A stretch of DNA of 63,735 nucleotides, counting the filler, from Sphacelaria rigidula (taxonomy: Eukaryota), in NCBI GenBank assembly GCA_964200075.2. It is 8 parts of 8 records of this genome, joined end to end, with 100 filler letters (N's around TTAATTAATTAA, not from the genome) between each part and the next. Parts side by side here need not be neighbours in the genome. Positions count along the whole stretch, not along the records: positions 31,921 to 39,799 come from CAXNAA020013122.1; positions 39,900 to 47,778 come from CAXNAA020013123.1; positions 47,879 to 55,757 come from CAXNAA020013124.1; 5 more parts are not named here. One strand, written 5' to 3'. The notes under the pieces were generated by a model. It did no database searches. It had not been told where the DNA came from and was given only the letters and a program-made list of their open reading frames with translations. A program made the position numbers and the translations under genes. Shown here piece by piece: positions 38,201-52,232 of this stretch (its first letter is position 1; every line of letters starts with the position of its first letter).

Positions 38201-39729
38201 CGGACGGGCCCACCCTTTTGGCGGGACGGATTGTAGTGTTCAACTGTTGTCCGCACTATTGTACAAAGTAGAGTGGTGCTAAACACATGACGTTATTTTT
38301 GCTGACCGTTGGAACGCAAACGTCGGACACGATCCATCTAAAATAACGCATCAAAGAAGACTATTGGATCCGTTGATCGAAAAACAAAAGATATATAACC
38401 GCAGAGTCAGAAAAGCCAAAACGTAACCTTTGCGCAACTCGGCGTGCGCGGCATCCGGCGCTGCTGAGAGCAAGCATGAAGGGGCGAACGATACCGATCA
38501 TGATCCGGATGCGTTCACTGAGAGGAAGTGATTTTCAGACGGACATGATCTGCCCGACGTGATGAACGGTTCCGCCGCGTTTCTCCTGGGTGAAAGAATG
38601 ATGGACGATTCTCACAATTTCTTGCATATTGCTCTCCAGGACAGCATTTTCGATGCGACTCAAGGTGGCCATCAGGGTTGAACCAGATGCAAGAAGAGAC
38701 ACGGGTTTGAGAAAAGGCACGGCTTTAACAAACAGAAGATGGCCTTCGAATGCAAGTAAGCACCAAATACTGCTAACTGAGCGTCCAGTGCTTCCATCTG
38801 TTGAATCGGCATCATTTTCACTCGAACATGTGAGCTACACTTCACAGACGAATGATACTCGCTGACTACCTGACAATCGCATTTTTTAGTCTCAGATGTC
38901 AATTGATTCGTGCGTATTCACTTCTGACGAAAAGTGAGAGTAGCTTCACAGCTTACCCATCACTTGATCGCTCCGCTTTCTCAGACAGAGTACGCCGGAT
39001 ATTTGCCCCTTTCCCGAAGTGAAGAAAATAAATGTTTTCTCCCATGGTTCAGAACCGGTTCTGGTGAAACAGAACCGATAATACCTCTATTGCAAATTTG
39101 CTCGTGATCGCGTCCGCTGGTCTTGAAGTCATCCAGTAGTGTCGTACGGGAGTACAGTGAAGAGGCCGTGATGGAGGGTGCAGAAGGCAAGAGTCAGAAT
39201 TATGGTGAGAAAAAAATAGTGTCGAGCAGGGCGGTGAATGCGTTAATCTTCCTCGTGCTTGTATTGATATTTTCATGATCGGATTCAAATTACGCGGATG
39301 GATACTCGGTATACTGAATACAAGTACTACAGCAAGCCAGTACACTGGCTCCCTGCACTACAGATGTGGTGTGCTCCCTGTGTTACCCGATTGGACATCA
39401 GCCTTCGTCGCTGACACTTGATCCGGCACTTCGTGCGCAGGACCTTTTTGCATGTAGGCTTCGTCGGTAGCGCTTTATACTTTGACTGTGCTTGCAGCCG
39501 ATCGGACAGGAAGATTCGAAGTAGAGACACATCGCTACGTTGCAGTCGCAGTCGCTTGTACAGCGCTTAACCCGGGTAGCGTCACGGTTTTGGACACCAA
39601 GTGGAGAAAACAAGGCATGGCGAATTCATCAGAATCAGTAGTGCATATGATCACGAACGAATTGATGCACAAGTGCAGTATTAAACTGCATTGACCTCCA
39701 CATATCCAGATATATTTGGGTCAGTTTAA

Positions 39730-39799
39730 CCCTTTGGGAACCCTCCCCTCCCGTCCCCGGGCCAGACGCCTCATTATGAGAAGCCCTGACAAAGAAGAA
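39730..39799. mobile_element. Left end of a piggyBac-like MITE (family of 51761-52232), cut by contig end
   Basis: TTAA-CCCTTTGGGAAC; ~70 bp similar to 51761-51830. Confidence 0.75.
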
Positions 39800-39899
39800 N
39801 NNNNNNNNNNNNNNNNNNNNNNNNNNNNNNNNNNNNNNNNNNNTTAATTAATTAANNNNNNNNNNNNNNNNNNNNNNNNNNNNNNNNNNNNNNNNNNNN
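39800..39899. other. Artificial contig linker
   Basis: N44-TTAATTAATTAA-N44. Confidence 0.98.
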
Positions 39900-40842
39900 T
39901 TCTCTCCCTCCCGCCCGGTGTGCCGAACGATCCAGTGGGCCCGCCGTTCTCTTCCCTGCCCCCCCCCGGGGGGGGGGGGGGGGGGGGGGGGAGGCAAGAT
40001 CCGTGAATACATTTTTCGACGCTGCTTAGTAGAGTACATGGCATAGCTGCAGACAGGTAGCGATAACACGAACAAGTTTCAAGTTTTCATCGAGATATGT
40101 TCATATGTCGAATATTTTTAGGCCTCCGGGTGATTGGAATGAGCACAACTTTATCAATAGAGAGGAGTGAGCCCAGCAACCCGCTCCAGCTCGCAACCCA
40201 CGTCTAAGACCTACCTCATAGACCAGAGTCGCATCAGCGACATGCTCTGTGTAAGCCACGGAATGAACAGTAAACTGCAGCAAGGAGTAACCCAAATGTG
40301 TGTTTTGAATAACAAACGTTCGAACACTCCGCTGAGGAATACTCGGCATTAAACGGGCCTTCTTTTATTGGCGACTGACAGCAAAATCTCCGACTTCGAA
40401 GCGGGGGTACGTACCCTCGTCAAGCTTCTTGCGAAGCAAAGTGAGAGTTCGTCTCCAGGACACGCCGCGAGAGATATTTTCTACGGTCCTCGGTATTCAG
40501 GACGGTCGGAGCTTGTCCACTGCATTCGCAGCGTACCGTAGCAACTTGTGCACGTTCCAGACGTCCCTTGCATATTCATGTTCATAACTGTTTTGATGTT
40601 TGTGAGTCATGGCCTAGGTCGGAGATCGTGCGGAGAATCATGGCTTTACCTGGGATTTATCCTGTGAATATGCTTAACCCGCTGGCGAAGGTGTACTTCA
40701 TTCTCACCCCTCACTGGCCCTTACACTAGACATAAATGTTGTACTTCGAAGTATATTGTTCCGGAAAATACATCGAAACACACCGACTCATGAATGATGA
40801 CTTGAAGTTGAAAACGACGTTTAAAGCCGAGCACTCACGCAC

Positions 40843-41050
40843 CTGACATATATCGTGGATTATACTTAAAGCGTCGGAGAAGTCGTAACCCGCCATCCCC
40901 GTGCTCATTTCGCCGATGTATTCGTAGAGTGATTCGTCCATGAGCTCCATCACAAGGTGCGGCGGAATCCCCTTCTCCGTGCCCAAGCTGAAAGCTTTCA
41001 CTTCTACGATGTGCTTATGGCGCATCGCAAAATGAATTTCGCATTCTCGC
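40843..41050 (-). CDS. Internal exon of a protein kinase (subdomains III-V, TKL-like)
   Basis: RECEIHFAMRHKHIVEVKAFS...HLVMELMDESLYEYI...ALSIIHDICQ; polypyrimidine-CAG acceptor and GTGCGT donor. Confidence 0.85.
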
Positions 41051-41502
41051 CTGGAAACGGACGAACGAAAAATGTCATATACGGCCGTGTATCAAATACT
41101 CGACGGTACACCTATGCAACGGGGAGAGACGGGTTGATCCCTTGAGACCACGGTCTCGTCCCTAGCAAGAGGAGGGGTTCGAAGCGCGACAAAATAATAA
41201 TATTAAAAATGAAAATATAAATAAATAAATAATATCGAATATTGTAGACTTCAATAGCTTCTGACATGAGACCACGGATGGACCCCTGGGGGGTCAGTGA
41301 GAGTGCGACAATCAATCAATTAAAATTAATCAAGGGCGAATACTATTGTAGACTTTAATGGCAAATAGGATTGCAAGCGAACCTGAAGTGCCGGATGGTT
41401 GTAATCAGCCGCCTGTTAGATATTGTTGAGAACGAAGCAACCACGGAGTCCAACAGGTGCGCCGCTTCGTAATTTGAATAACTCGTTCTCGCTCATTCTG
41501 GA

Positions 41503-42067
41503 TTGAATCTTGCCCAAGCAACGCACGGCGCGATATTAGGAGTTGGACGCTGAAACTTCGACAGCAGCTTTTTATTATCAAAATGCAGAAGATTACATAA
41601 GCAGCAAAGAAAATAAGAAAAAAAAGTTAGGGGCGTTTGAAATTTCAGCAAAAACAAAATAATGTCAAAAGTCCAGGAAAAAACGAGAATCTGCAGCTGC
41701 TCACGTGAAGTACCAGTTCCTTAGGTGCAGAAGGTCTACCTGAAATTTCAGCTCAAGAGCCGTCGAATTGGGCCGTGCGTTCAACATTTTTCGTGAACCT
41801 GCTGCACCCCTATAAATCAAGTGATGGGAGACTCCAATTATGAAGGTCATAAATTCGAATCCCAACAGATCCTCTTTTTTTTTTCGTCCGTCGTTAAGGT
41901 CATACGTTATGCAGTACATTTTTTTTCAATTTGTTTCTTCATTCAGCGGCGGTGCCGTGTGTCCTCAGGTTGGTCTATAATTGACAGTGATATGCTTACA
42001 TTGGGTTCATTCGGGAAACTGGGGAAGCTGTGGTGTGAGCAACCTTCAGCCGCTTTCAAGCTGGCCC
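41503..42067. mobile_element. Second copy of the GGGCC-terminated element
   Basis: Colinear with 29910-30465; ends AAGCTGGCCC. Confidence 0.7.
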
Positions 42068-43504
42068 AACGCGTAGTGCCGAAGTAAAATACTAACGGCG
42101 GTAAAAGCATACCAGAAACAAAACATAGTACGATTTTCCCCTCTGGTACACGTGTGAGTGCAGCATTCCCCGAAATATTCATCGGTGTGTCCTTCCCGGT
42201 TCATCAAAGCTCAGAATTTGACATTGCTTCCAATCAGCATCATAGCCGCCACACTCCATCCCACAGACTACAGCTTCAGATTACAAACCTACTTCTGCCT
42301 GTCCATTTTTCTAGGATACGGGTGAAAGGAGGCAATCCGCGCAAGCATTTATAGGAGATAGAAACGCGCGCTTCTCAAACGACCACAGTTTGAGCATAAC
42401 CATGTCATGTTGTACGCCCTTCTCTTCAGCGACAGAACGCCCTGAGCAGGTTCCAAAATATGTCCTTGTCGGCATGATGATGTATTCGCGTCCGCTGAAG
42501 GGATGACATTGGGCACAAGATTCCCTTGTACAGATCTGTGCTTGAGATTATCAAATTCGAACAAATTGAGGCGGCCATCTGCAAGCGTCAAAACTGGTTT
42601 GCAGGGGCCCTTCCTCTACAGGGTAAAAAATCTACGTATCTCGAGGCGCTTTATCTCCGAACGGGTTGGGTACATGAAGACCGAAAGGCGCTGAACGGCC
42701 TCTGAGATATGAAGCTTCCACGGATTCCCACGAGGGTACAGAGGCTATCCCACGCGACGGAGAACAACGTTGTTAATCTCCGACGTTGAACTCAGAGACT
42801 CACAAGATCGTTTCATCGCTAAGGAGAATGTGGACAAACAACATGCATCTGGGGATCGACAATACGATGGAGAAGTTTGAGGAGGCATGGCAACAGGAAA
42901 ACCTCCGGGAATCCAATCTATGTCACAAACACAGAGTCTGCTGCGTTGAGAGTCGCCAAACGTAGAGCGCCGCCGTGGGCACAGCAGCGTCAACAACAGC
43001 CCGCGGAAAATCCAAACATGGCAACGACAGAGGGGGTGACTTCCCTCGCCCCTGACCAGGGATGAGAGGGCGGTGAGGAGGGGGGGGTTGTACTCGCGAT
43101 CATGCATGCTGTAGTCATAAGACCATTGACCTTGCATCCATACAAAGCCAGGACGGAGCACGCCGGGTCTTTCGCCGGACCGGGCTCGCAACACCCAAAC
43201 GCGAAGCTCCGTGATGTGTTCGGCGAGTCCGATGAAGGGTGAGCTACATACTACGAAGACTATTCGGCCCGAAGCGTACTGATTACATTGCGTGTGGATG
43301 ACAGCCTACAGCCGTGATTTGCTTCATTTCTTCTGGGGAAAGGAGGAGAGGAGTTGGGAGGTAGACAGAGTCTGATACTGAGAATCCCTTCCTGTCTTGT
43401 CGGGAGTTGACTTCTTCACTTTTCCCCCTGAGATTCTCACAATTATCACTCTGGCTGTCTCCAGTCGACGCCTCTGGTCGTGCCCTTCTTCGCATCTTGT
43501 CTGT

Positions 43505-43758
43505 GAGGGATGCTACGGTAGGGATGCACAAATATCTCTGAGGTTAGAGTTTTTAGGAGCCCTTTATCTGATCCACAACACGCTCATGAAATATGCTAGA
43601 GTACGCCAGGATTACTATTCCAATGTGCTAGGGGTATCCCGCATTAATTTGCCAACGGCGATGTCCTGACCCATATTCTTGTGCACCTAGAATCGTTAGC
43701 AGCCCGTGAAACAGACAAAAGTTTGCGCAAAACGTGCGCCCCTACCGTAGCATTGCTT
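43505..43758. mobile_element. Sola2-like MITE with 4-bp TSD CTGT
   Basis: GAGGGATGCTACGGTAGGG...CCCTACCGTAGCATTGCTT; CTGT at 43501-04 and 43759-62. Confidence 0.75.
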
Positions 43759-44058
43759 CTGTCGCTTTCTATCTGTGTGTGGTTTCTTCCTACCTTCCGT
43801 TTTTCTCGTGTATTTGTCTCCTCCACCGGTAGTCGTTATGTTTTGTGTCTCATTTATGTACAGATTTGGAGGTTGAGAGGTCCTACCCAATGCTGCGGCC
43901 CTGAAACGGCTGAGTCACAACCTGCTTCCAAGGCCTTGCTTCTTTTGCGTTTCTCTGCATACTACCCTGGCAGGGGCTTATCGGAGTGTTTTCCTGGGGA
44001 TCACTGCCAACTCGTGGTTTACTGTCTACGCCAACCCCTTCCATTTGTCACAAGTAGT

Positions 44059-44339
44059 GAGTGATGCTACGGTACGGGCTGCATTTTTAAGCTGAAAGGG
44101 TTCTCGGGGTTGCTTGGGGGGTCGGAGGGGCTATTTTGTGAATCGGCATCATTTTTACTTGAAAAAGCCTGAAGATGACACCGATTCACGAAAAGGCCCC
44201 TGCGTGCAAGCACCATGTATGTTTCTGGAAATTCGGTTCCCAAGGGATTAGTGTTGCAGCGTAAGCGCCATATCTTGGTCCTCCTACAAGAAGGAGAGCC
44301 CTGGAGCCAGAAATTGCAACCCCTACCGTAGCATTGCTC
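44059..44339. mobile_element. Sola2-like MITE with the same TIRs but a different interior
   Basis: GAGTGATGCTACGGT...ACCGTAGCATTGCTC; flanks TAGT/GAGT. Confidence 0.7.
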
Positions 44340-47300
44340 GAGTGGCATACGCGCAGAAAGCTATGCCGCGTCCAAAACCTGCATATGAGTCCAAACTTGA
44401 CGGGGGGGGGCTATTCTAAGTTCGAGTGTTTACTTTGCCAGATGTAGTCAGCCCTCTAAATCCGAAGTTGATGCACGTATTGAGAGAATGTTACTCGGCT
44501 CGAAGCAAGGGTGTAAACTGATTTGGACGTACTGATGCAAGTTGACCGCGAGTCAGAAAGATCGAACTGATGTGTGGTGGTTATCAAGAACCAGTGAAGC
44601 GTCTGAGCTTTCGAGTTTTTTCGGGAACGCGCGGCGTACCCCAAAGCGGAATGTAGGAAAATATCAGTTCACCTATCCAATTGTCATTTTTACGTTTAAC
44701 AACGCCTCCAGCTAATGCAGCCGCTTGCAGAGAGGCTTTAATACCGCTTTCATGGCGGTCTTCGTTCGACATGTGACATCCTTTTCTAGGGCCAAAAAAG
44801 GTGGAGGAGGACGTGTGGTGCTGTACCCGTACTGAGAGATGCGTCACCCCATGTTCATGGTTCCCTTTCCTTGAATTTCCCGCAATGAGTGTTTCGACGT
44901 GTTTGCCTCAGATGCGTTCACCTTCCGCAATCAACCAACCTGTCAGTCGATGTTGTTCCCCCGCCCCCCTTCCATCCTAACAGCATTCGACCACTCACCT
45001 AAACTGTTCGAGCGTCTTCCTGTCCATTACCGGAATCCTAGCCTTTTTGACTGCCACCTCCTTGCCCATGTACGCCCCTTCGTACACCACCCCAAACGTC
45101 CCCTCACCTAGCACCTGTACAGTAGGCGTTCACCCGCAAACGGGTGCCATGGAGAATGGAGCATGGGAGGGGTGAGAACGGTACGAAAACGGGAGGAGGG
45201 GGGGTAGTGGGGTGTACTCGTGATCTTGCATGACGTAGTCATTTGAACGTTGACCTAGTATCTCTACAAAGCCGGGATGAAGCATGCCGGGCTTCGCCAG
45301 ACCAGGCTCGCAATCAATCACCAAGCGCGAAGCGCCGTGATGTCTCCGCGAGTCGCATGAAGGGTGAGCTGCATCCTGCGGAGATTGTTCAGCTCGAAGC
45401 GTAATGATTGTCATGCATATGGATGACAACCTCCAAGGAGTTGCTTCATTTTCTGGTGTCGCCACTTCCAGAGACAGCCACGGGTTCCACACCGTCTCAT
45501 GGATGTCTCACCATTTAAACACTACGTAGTACGATCATCCCCTTTGCGCGGAGTTGAGGTTCTCCCATTCCTCGCACAATGTGATTAATCTCGACCAACG
45601 TCAAGATTACCGCAATAACAAAAAATTAAGCGCAAGAAACATGGCAACATGATTTTCTAGCTTCCGCAGTGAGTGGCGTGTTCTCTATCGTTTTTGCCAA
45701 CCGACGCCAACCCCATTAGATGAGGGGAGATCTATTGTTCTTGTTGAACATGGCTAACACGCAACTTCCGCTATCGAAAGATATTCAGCCTGCCGAAAGA
45801 CAGACATGAATGGACGGTCAATCCCTGGGGTAAGGCTGAGGAGGTTGATCGGAAACAATTTTTAGAAGGGAGAAAACAAAAAAAGTACGCAAGAACGTCT
45901 CCACTAAGCCCGCTTATTATTGTAGTGTGCGTTTAAGGTTCGGGATATAATTGTCCTTTTGGACGAACAAGCCGCATAGTCGAGAATATACGCCCTGCAT
46001 GTAAAGGGGGCAGACTGACCCATGCTGCCTCCAAATGACCTTCTGGACTTTTCCCCCCCCGAAGCTGGTGTCCGCGCCAAAACTGGGGAGAAACAGCTGC
46101 CGGATCCACACTGGGACTTAACTAGCCGCAACCGTTCCGCAGTGCACTCTCGGGAGTTACTGAGGGGTTCACATCGAGTCCAAGAAGGTACAATGACCCT
46201 GAATCAACGCGCTCGGAATTACACTTAGGGTCAAGCTGTCCTGAGGTAGCTACAATAACAGCTACTTCACGCTTATAACTCTCGGGACAATCCATGACCA
46301 ACTGTAGGCAAAGTAGCGATCTGGCTCACTCTGTCGTATATCTCCAGGCACTCGAAGCGAACGCGGCCGAGCCTAACCATGAGCCTTCCCCCCGTGTCGT
46401 ACGCTTGATCGCGGTCCGCGAATGCTGCGCTTTCTTCACCTCCAGCCGGAGAATGCATGTTGGGAATGCAGCAACGGGGGAGAGACACACAAAAGCCGAG
46501 GAAATATGAGCGGTCGGTAGTCACAGGGAGACTGGTCATTTCGGGCACCTTGCTGTGGTATATTGGATTGTTCCTGTAGCCGATGCAGCTACTTGCGGAG
46601 GCCTCCATACTGTTTCGAAAGTCCGTTTCGGCCAATGTCTGAGTTATCCCCATCACGCCAAAAAGGGCGGGGGGACGGGGGGGCGGGGCGTCTGTGGTTC
46701 CATATTTGTGCATGTGATACGGACAGGTTAAAACAGGAATGCAACAGATCGCGTGGCATGTGCATAATTGTATGTAGGGAATGTTGCACAAACCACCAGG
46801 CGGGTGTCACATTGCTCAGAAGAAACTACCCTTTCTTGACTTTCTACCTCGGGGAAAACAAGTACCGCACTAGCGGTGTCTTTTGGGTAGGAAATGTCAA
46901 GTCAGGGACTGGTTCATGAAATCCTTTGTTTATGAACATACCCATATGCTCCCGGAGCCTTTACTACTTCTTAGTTCGGCGTTCATGTCAATCGACATGG
47001 TTCTCTGCCCCCTCTCGTTTCCTTCATGCCCCCTTTTTTTCTAGTATGCTCGGGCGAATGGTGATGCCTACTGAACCTTGAGTACGCCTAGCTTGCTCGT
47101 GGCGGATATTCATAACTGCGGCCGTGTTTGTGGCGGGTCAGGTCATGTGCGACAGTTAACCAAACAATCATTCAATCAATCAATCTTCACACTGAAACCG
47201 AATATTAAATGAAAATACTTCATTCACATATATATATATATATACGAATGCTGTATACGATATGGAATCGGTACATTAAAGCCAAACCGCACCATAAAAA

Positions 47301-47778
47301 ACAAACTCGCACGCATGTGTGGGTACACAGAAATAATTACGTGGTGTCACTTGTGTCTCTCGAACACATGTCATGTTCGAGAAATGCTTCAAAAGAGTAA
47401 CGCATGGAAACGTCGATATTCCAGTAGGCGTCTAGCATGAACCATAAATAGACACAATCGTGATAGGCGTAACCTCGAGTAGTGTTGGTCCGGTTGTTCA
47501 CAGATTGATTGATTGATTGATTGATTATATGCACGGTAACGGATCCCCCTAGGGAACCCAGCGGTGGTCATTACCCACAAGCTAGACGTATCCACGGTAA
47601 TCGAAACATTAACACCCACTCCATGAAACTCGATGAGGGTGTACTCATGATCATGCATACCATAGTCATAAGACCATTGAACTCCCATCCCTACAAAGCC
47701 GGGACCGAGCACGCCGGGTTTTCGCCGGACTAGGCTTGCACTCAAACCACCAAGCGCGGAGCACCGTGGGGTGTTCGG

Positions 47779-47878
47779 NNNNNNNNNNNNNNNNNNNNNN
47801 NNNNNNNNNNNNNNNNNNNNNNTTAATTAATTAANNNNNNNNNNNNNNNNNNNNNNNNNNNNNNNNNNNNNNNNNNNN
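47779..47878. other. Artificial contig linker
   Basis: N44-TTAATTAATTAA-N44. Confidence 0.98.
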
Positions 47879-49554
47879 CCCCCCCCCGGCGGCCGTGGCT
47901 CGCGGGAAGAGGCGGCGGGGGGGGGCGCGGGGGGGGGCGGAGCGCGTATTCGCGGCATCAGTCGCTAGAGTCACAATACGTCCAAACGCTCGTGTGAGCG
48001 GTACCGTACTGTACTTCATCCGACGGGAGAAATTGCGACGAAAACAGTGCTTTAACTACAACGGACAACCAAGTAGAAACATTCAGCGGAGTACGATGTA
48101 ATTTGTAACTTTTCTCGGGAACGGTCTACAAAGCGACGTCAGTCCAACCACGGCATGATACGGTGCATGAAGTGGGCTCTGCTTCCACTCACAAACACAC
48201 ACACATACAAGCAGGAAATGTCGTCTGCCAGGAAATGCCCTTGTTCTCATTCCTTCTGTGGCATCCAAAACCCGCGAGGAAACGAGTTCGCGCGTTTTGT
48301 CCGGAATGAGGTGCGTCCACGAGTAAACGGTTGAGTTCCCCGGCTTTGTCAATACGCCAGCTTCGGGCGGATCGACCCACCGCTGTACTGCCCTAGTTTC
48401 TCATTGTGAAGTATGCCAACTGGGCAGCTTCAAAAACAAAATCCCCCCTCCTTCTGTCTTGGTCTTGGTCAATGGTCAAACGACTAAGGCAAGCAACAAA
48501 TGAGTACGCCCCCTCCTTCTGTCGTCGTAGACTGGCTGTCCAGCGCGTCACAACCTCGTGCGCGCGACGAAGTTTTGTTTCCAACAACAGTGCCTGATAA
48601 TGCCTGTCGGTAACATCTTACGCGTGAGAAGCTAGCCAGACGGGACTATACCAACACACGGAACTCGGGATGCCTACCTCTACTATTTTTGTTGAAATAT
48701 ATTCTCGGCACACTTTGCTGTTCACGAGTGGATTCGTATGGCATAAGTAAAGGTCTGACGAGTCATTTCACTCCGTGAATGGATCAGTCGAACTTCGTGG
48801 CAAACGTTTGGTGCACACGGTTAGACTACAAGCCGAAACAAAACGACTCACCACCAGGAAACCTTAAACACCTGGCAGAAAGAAGTTAAGAAAAAACAAA
48901 ATCGTCAGCTCCAATACATAACATCAGGTCACTCCGCACGGCGGTCCGTGAAAGGGAACAACGAACACAGCCCTACAGCTGCGCACGCGGCAGGCGCGCT
49001 CAGCTTACTCACCGAGGTGATACGCTCCGTTTTTAGTCCTCTTGAGATATAAACTTTTGGAACACCCGGGTTTCCAACACTTCGCCACAGCAGTGTCGCC
49101 TCCTGTGCTTTTGACGATTGGCCACAACCAGCAAGACGAGAAAGGAGGAGGGGGGGGCAGGGTGTGTGGCAGCAGTTGTTGAACGAAGTGTGCTACGCGT
49201 GCACGGCCAAACACAGGAAACATTCATGTCAAACAGTGCGCCAAATAAATACGATTGATTGATTATTGTCGCACATCGGCTGATCCCTCGACGCATCCAG
49301 TCCCACGGTCACAAGATAGACGCAGCCCAAGGTGAACAAAAATGGAAAGGGTGTAGCAATTTATTCTGGTCTTGAACGCTGGATAGAGGGGTGGTCCCTT
49401 CCGGTGCACGCTGAAATCAGCCCATTTGAGCTTTTGGACGGTGACGTATGTCATCGTCGGCCACAGCAACCAACGACTCCAGGAGAAGAGGCAGGATGGC
49501 AAAAGTGGTACGGAAAGAGCAGACTATAAGAACACGCCACAGCTCAAGGGGGGG

Positions 49555-49797
49555 TGACATATGACGATGATGGGTTGGTTGATTGGTTGTTGCGCATCGA
49601 CCAATTACAGACCCATCCAGCCGTGGTCAGTTTGATTCGTTATCTGAGCACACATCTCTCTCCTGTAGGAATGATGACACTTAAACCAACATATTTTATT
49701 CAAGTGCTGCTAACGTGTTCTACCGTGCGTGCGAATCATCACGAGGCGCTAGACAATGCACACACACTGCGGGCCAGTTTATCTCGAAGTTCTGACA
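49555..49797 (+). mobile_element. Possible short LTR after a PPT
   Basis: AAGGGGGGG then TGACA...TGACA; single copy, right end uncertain. Confidence 0.35.
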
Positions 49798-51054
49798 GAT
49801 GATGCTTTCTTCTGGCTTCGACCCCTGCATTCCGTGCTTCGCCCAACGGTCTTAGCGGCGAAGTCGATCCGATGATCACTCGTCAAAACAAATTCTTCCC
49901 AAAAAAATTGAGCAAATATCGACGAGTCGAGTCGCCGCGCTCACAGCCCTGCACTGTAGCAACAACTCCGAATATACGGCGCATGGCACGTTGGTGGGAT
50001 ACGGGTGACTGGTGGGTGACCCGGTGGTACCCGCCTGCATTGAAGGAGCATCAACGGCCGAGCATTGAGGCTTGAAAAAGCGCCGTGCCCGAATCATCTC
50101 CTCAGTGATGAGACCCTTTGCTGTCCACTCATCGCCCGGCTCATCGCTAAGATGTACGAACTACTGACAAACAGGGTGCATCAGTAGGAGCAATCTAGGC
50201 GCCCGCACTCTTTCGGCCCATTCCCCGCGTGTGAGCTCAACTGTCATGAAAAAAACTCAAGACGACCACTCAGGGTCTACTTCGAACCTCGGGGAGCTGC
50301 TTGGTGCGATGTCTCCGGCTCGATTGGTTCTATGGAAAGGGTACAACTCGATTTTGTGTGTGTCAAACAGGGTACTCCCGAGTCGCGGGCGAAATGCTAT
50401 CCGGTAAGTAGCGCAAAATCTCCTCGTTATTTCCAAAAATTGTCCAGCCGCCTTCCAGAAGAAGTCTTTTCAAAGAGAAGCTATTTTCCACACATCGCTA
50501 TTTTGCGGAGTGACGAGCAGCTACGCGCGGACAGAATGAACGTGTGGAAGTAGGCGTAAAAAGCATCTGGACTTCTCTCCACTCACCCCCACTTTATGAA
50601 AAAATCAAGAATTTACGGCAAAACTTTGCAGTTGCTACGCCCAAGTGGTCTAATGGTACAGCGAAATGGTACAGCTCATTACGTTGGTAAACGCGGACTC
50701 GTCGATTCCCACCAGGTGTTCTAGTTTGGATTTGTGTCAGAAAAGTCTGTGTTCCGCCCTTGAAAGCGCGGGGACACGAGTAGAAAAAAGCGTTTTGTTT
50801 GACCGAGTATGTTGTGACGACAGTCCACACAGTGCGAGAGTGGTGGTCATGACCCAGTCCGCGATACCAACATGTACGGCGTGTACCGTCGGCCATCTCT
50901 TTCTGTGCTTCGTTTCTTGTTGGCTTGGCATTTTGTTTTGACATCCTTTTTCGTTTTTACGTCTTAGTCCACTCTGTCGTTCTGTTCGACTTTTTTGTTC
51001 CTTATTTTTATTTTTATTTTACGTGTTTTCACTTTTTGTTTATTTTCTTGGGTG

Positions 51055-51239
51055 CGTCTATCATGTAATCACGGCTAGATCCCTGGGGGGTCAGTTAAAA
51101 TGCGACAATCCATCAATCAATCAATCAATCGAGGTGTGTACCGGGGGAGAGAAGGGTCGATCCCTTGAGATTGCTCACGGACTCGGCATGAGGAAGGGGA
51201 GGGGTTGAATGCGCGACAAAACAATAAAACAATGACAGC

Positions 51240-51288
<49 letters not shown>

Positions 51289-51310
51289 GCACCAGCAGCA
51301 CCAGCAACAC
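51055..51310 (+). repeat. Two stacked retroposon 3' ends with (CAAT)n and (ACA)n tails
   Basis: CCCTGGGGGGTCAGTT..TGCGACAATC also at ~41280-41320 and inverted at ~55550-55610; GATCCCTTGAGA..GCGCGACAAAA also at ~41120-41200. Confidence 0.65.
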
Positions 51311-51760
51311 AACAAGGAAGTGTAAGAGACGTACAAGTACACAGGTCGACACACAACGCACGCACCTCGAATTTTCCCCGCGAGGGTGCAATCTGCGCTG
51401 CACATGAAGCATCTGAAGTTCGACTGCCCGTCTCCCCCGTGCTCCGCAGGTGGCGCTGTGAAGCAGTGGGGACACACGGTGTATCCCGACCCTGTGTACT
51501 CATTCCCTGCGCTCACCGACAACACCTGTACGGAGTCCAACGAAACGATCACGTGTGAGATTGATTGATCGATCAATGGATTGATGATAATAAAAGATAA
51601 TCGCGCACTAACTCCTCATCCGCTGCGGAGTCCAGCTGTCGTCACAAAATAGACGAACGCACGTCAATAAATGGGAAGGCTTGCTGAACGGAAAAAAACA
51701 ACAAATCGAAATTGGGGGCGACACAGTGACACCCACACAATTGGTGGAAGATGCACCTAA

Positions 51761-52232
51761 CCCTCTGGGAACCCCTCCCCTTCCGTCCCCCGGCCAGTCG
51801 CCTCATTATTTCAAGCCCTGACAAAAGAAGAAAAAAAAGGAAACATAAAAGATCGACAGGAACCATTTTCACGGCGGAAGGCCACAGAAGAATCCACCAG
51901 CATACGTCATGCGCGCACCAAAAATGTCACCCCGTTGCAGTCAGATTAGTTTTGTCCGGTGAAACAGGCGACGAGTCAAATTTGTTCAACTTTGTGTACA
52001 CAGCAAAAATCAGCACTTGGGTCCCTGAAGTCCATACAGACGAAAATCAGCACCACCTGCCTATTTTCTATATACGGAGTCCCATGCGGTACTGGGGCAC
52101 ATTTTTATACGGGTCTGAAAAACACGACTCGGGCTAATATTTCGCGTGAAAGCTGTAAATACTCAACCATATATCGTTAAAAAAAAACAGCACGTCGAAA
52201 TCCACATTTTTCCATTACCAGTACCAAAAGGG
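51761..52232. mobile_element. piggyBac-like MITE (472 bp)
   Basis: CTAA-CCCTCTGGGAAC...GTACCAAAAGGG-TTAA; the sister copy at 39730 has a perfect TTAA. Confidence 0.75.

Noticed and set aside
50600-50680. Gypsy integrase motif (NFAVATPKWSNGTA)
   Set aside because: Resembles the H.F..A..PW.NG..E motif but lacks the catalytic Glu and supporting context; too weak to call.
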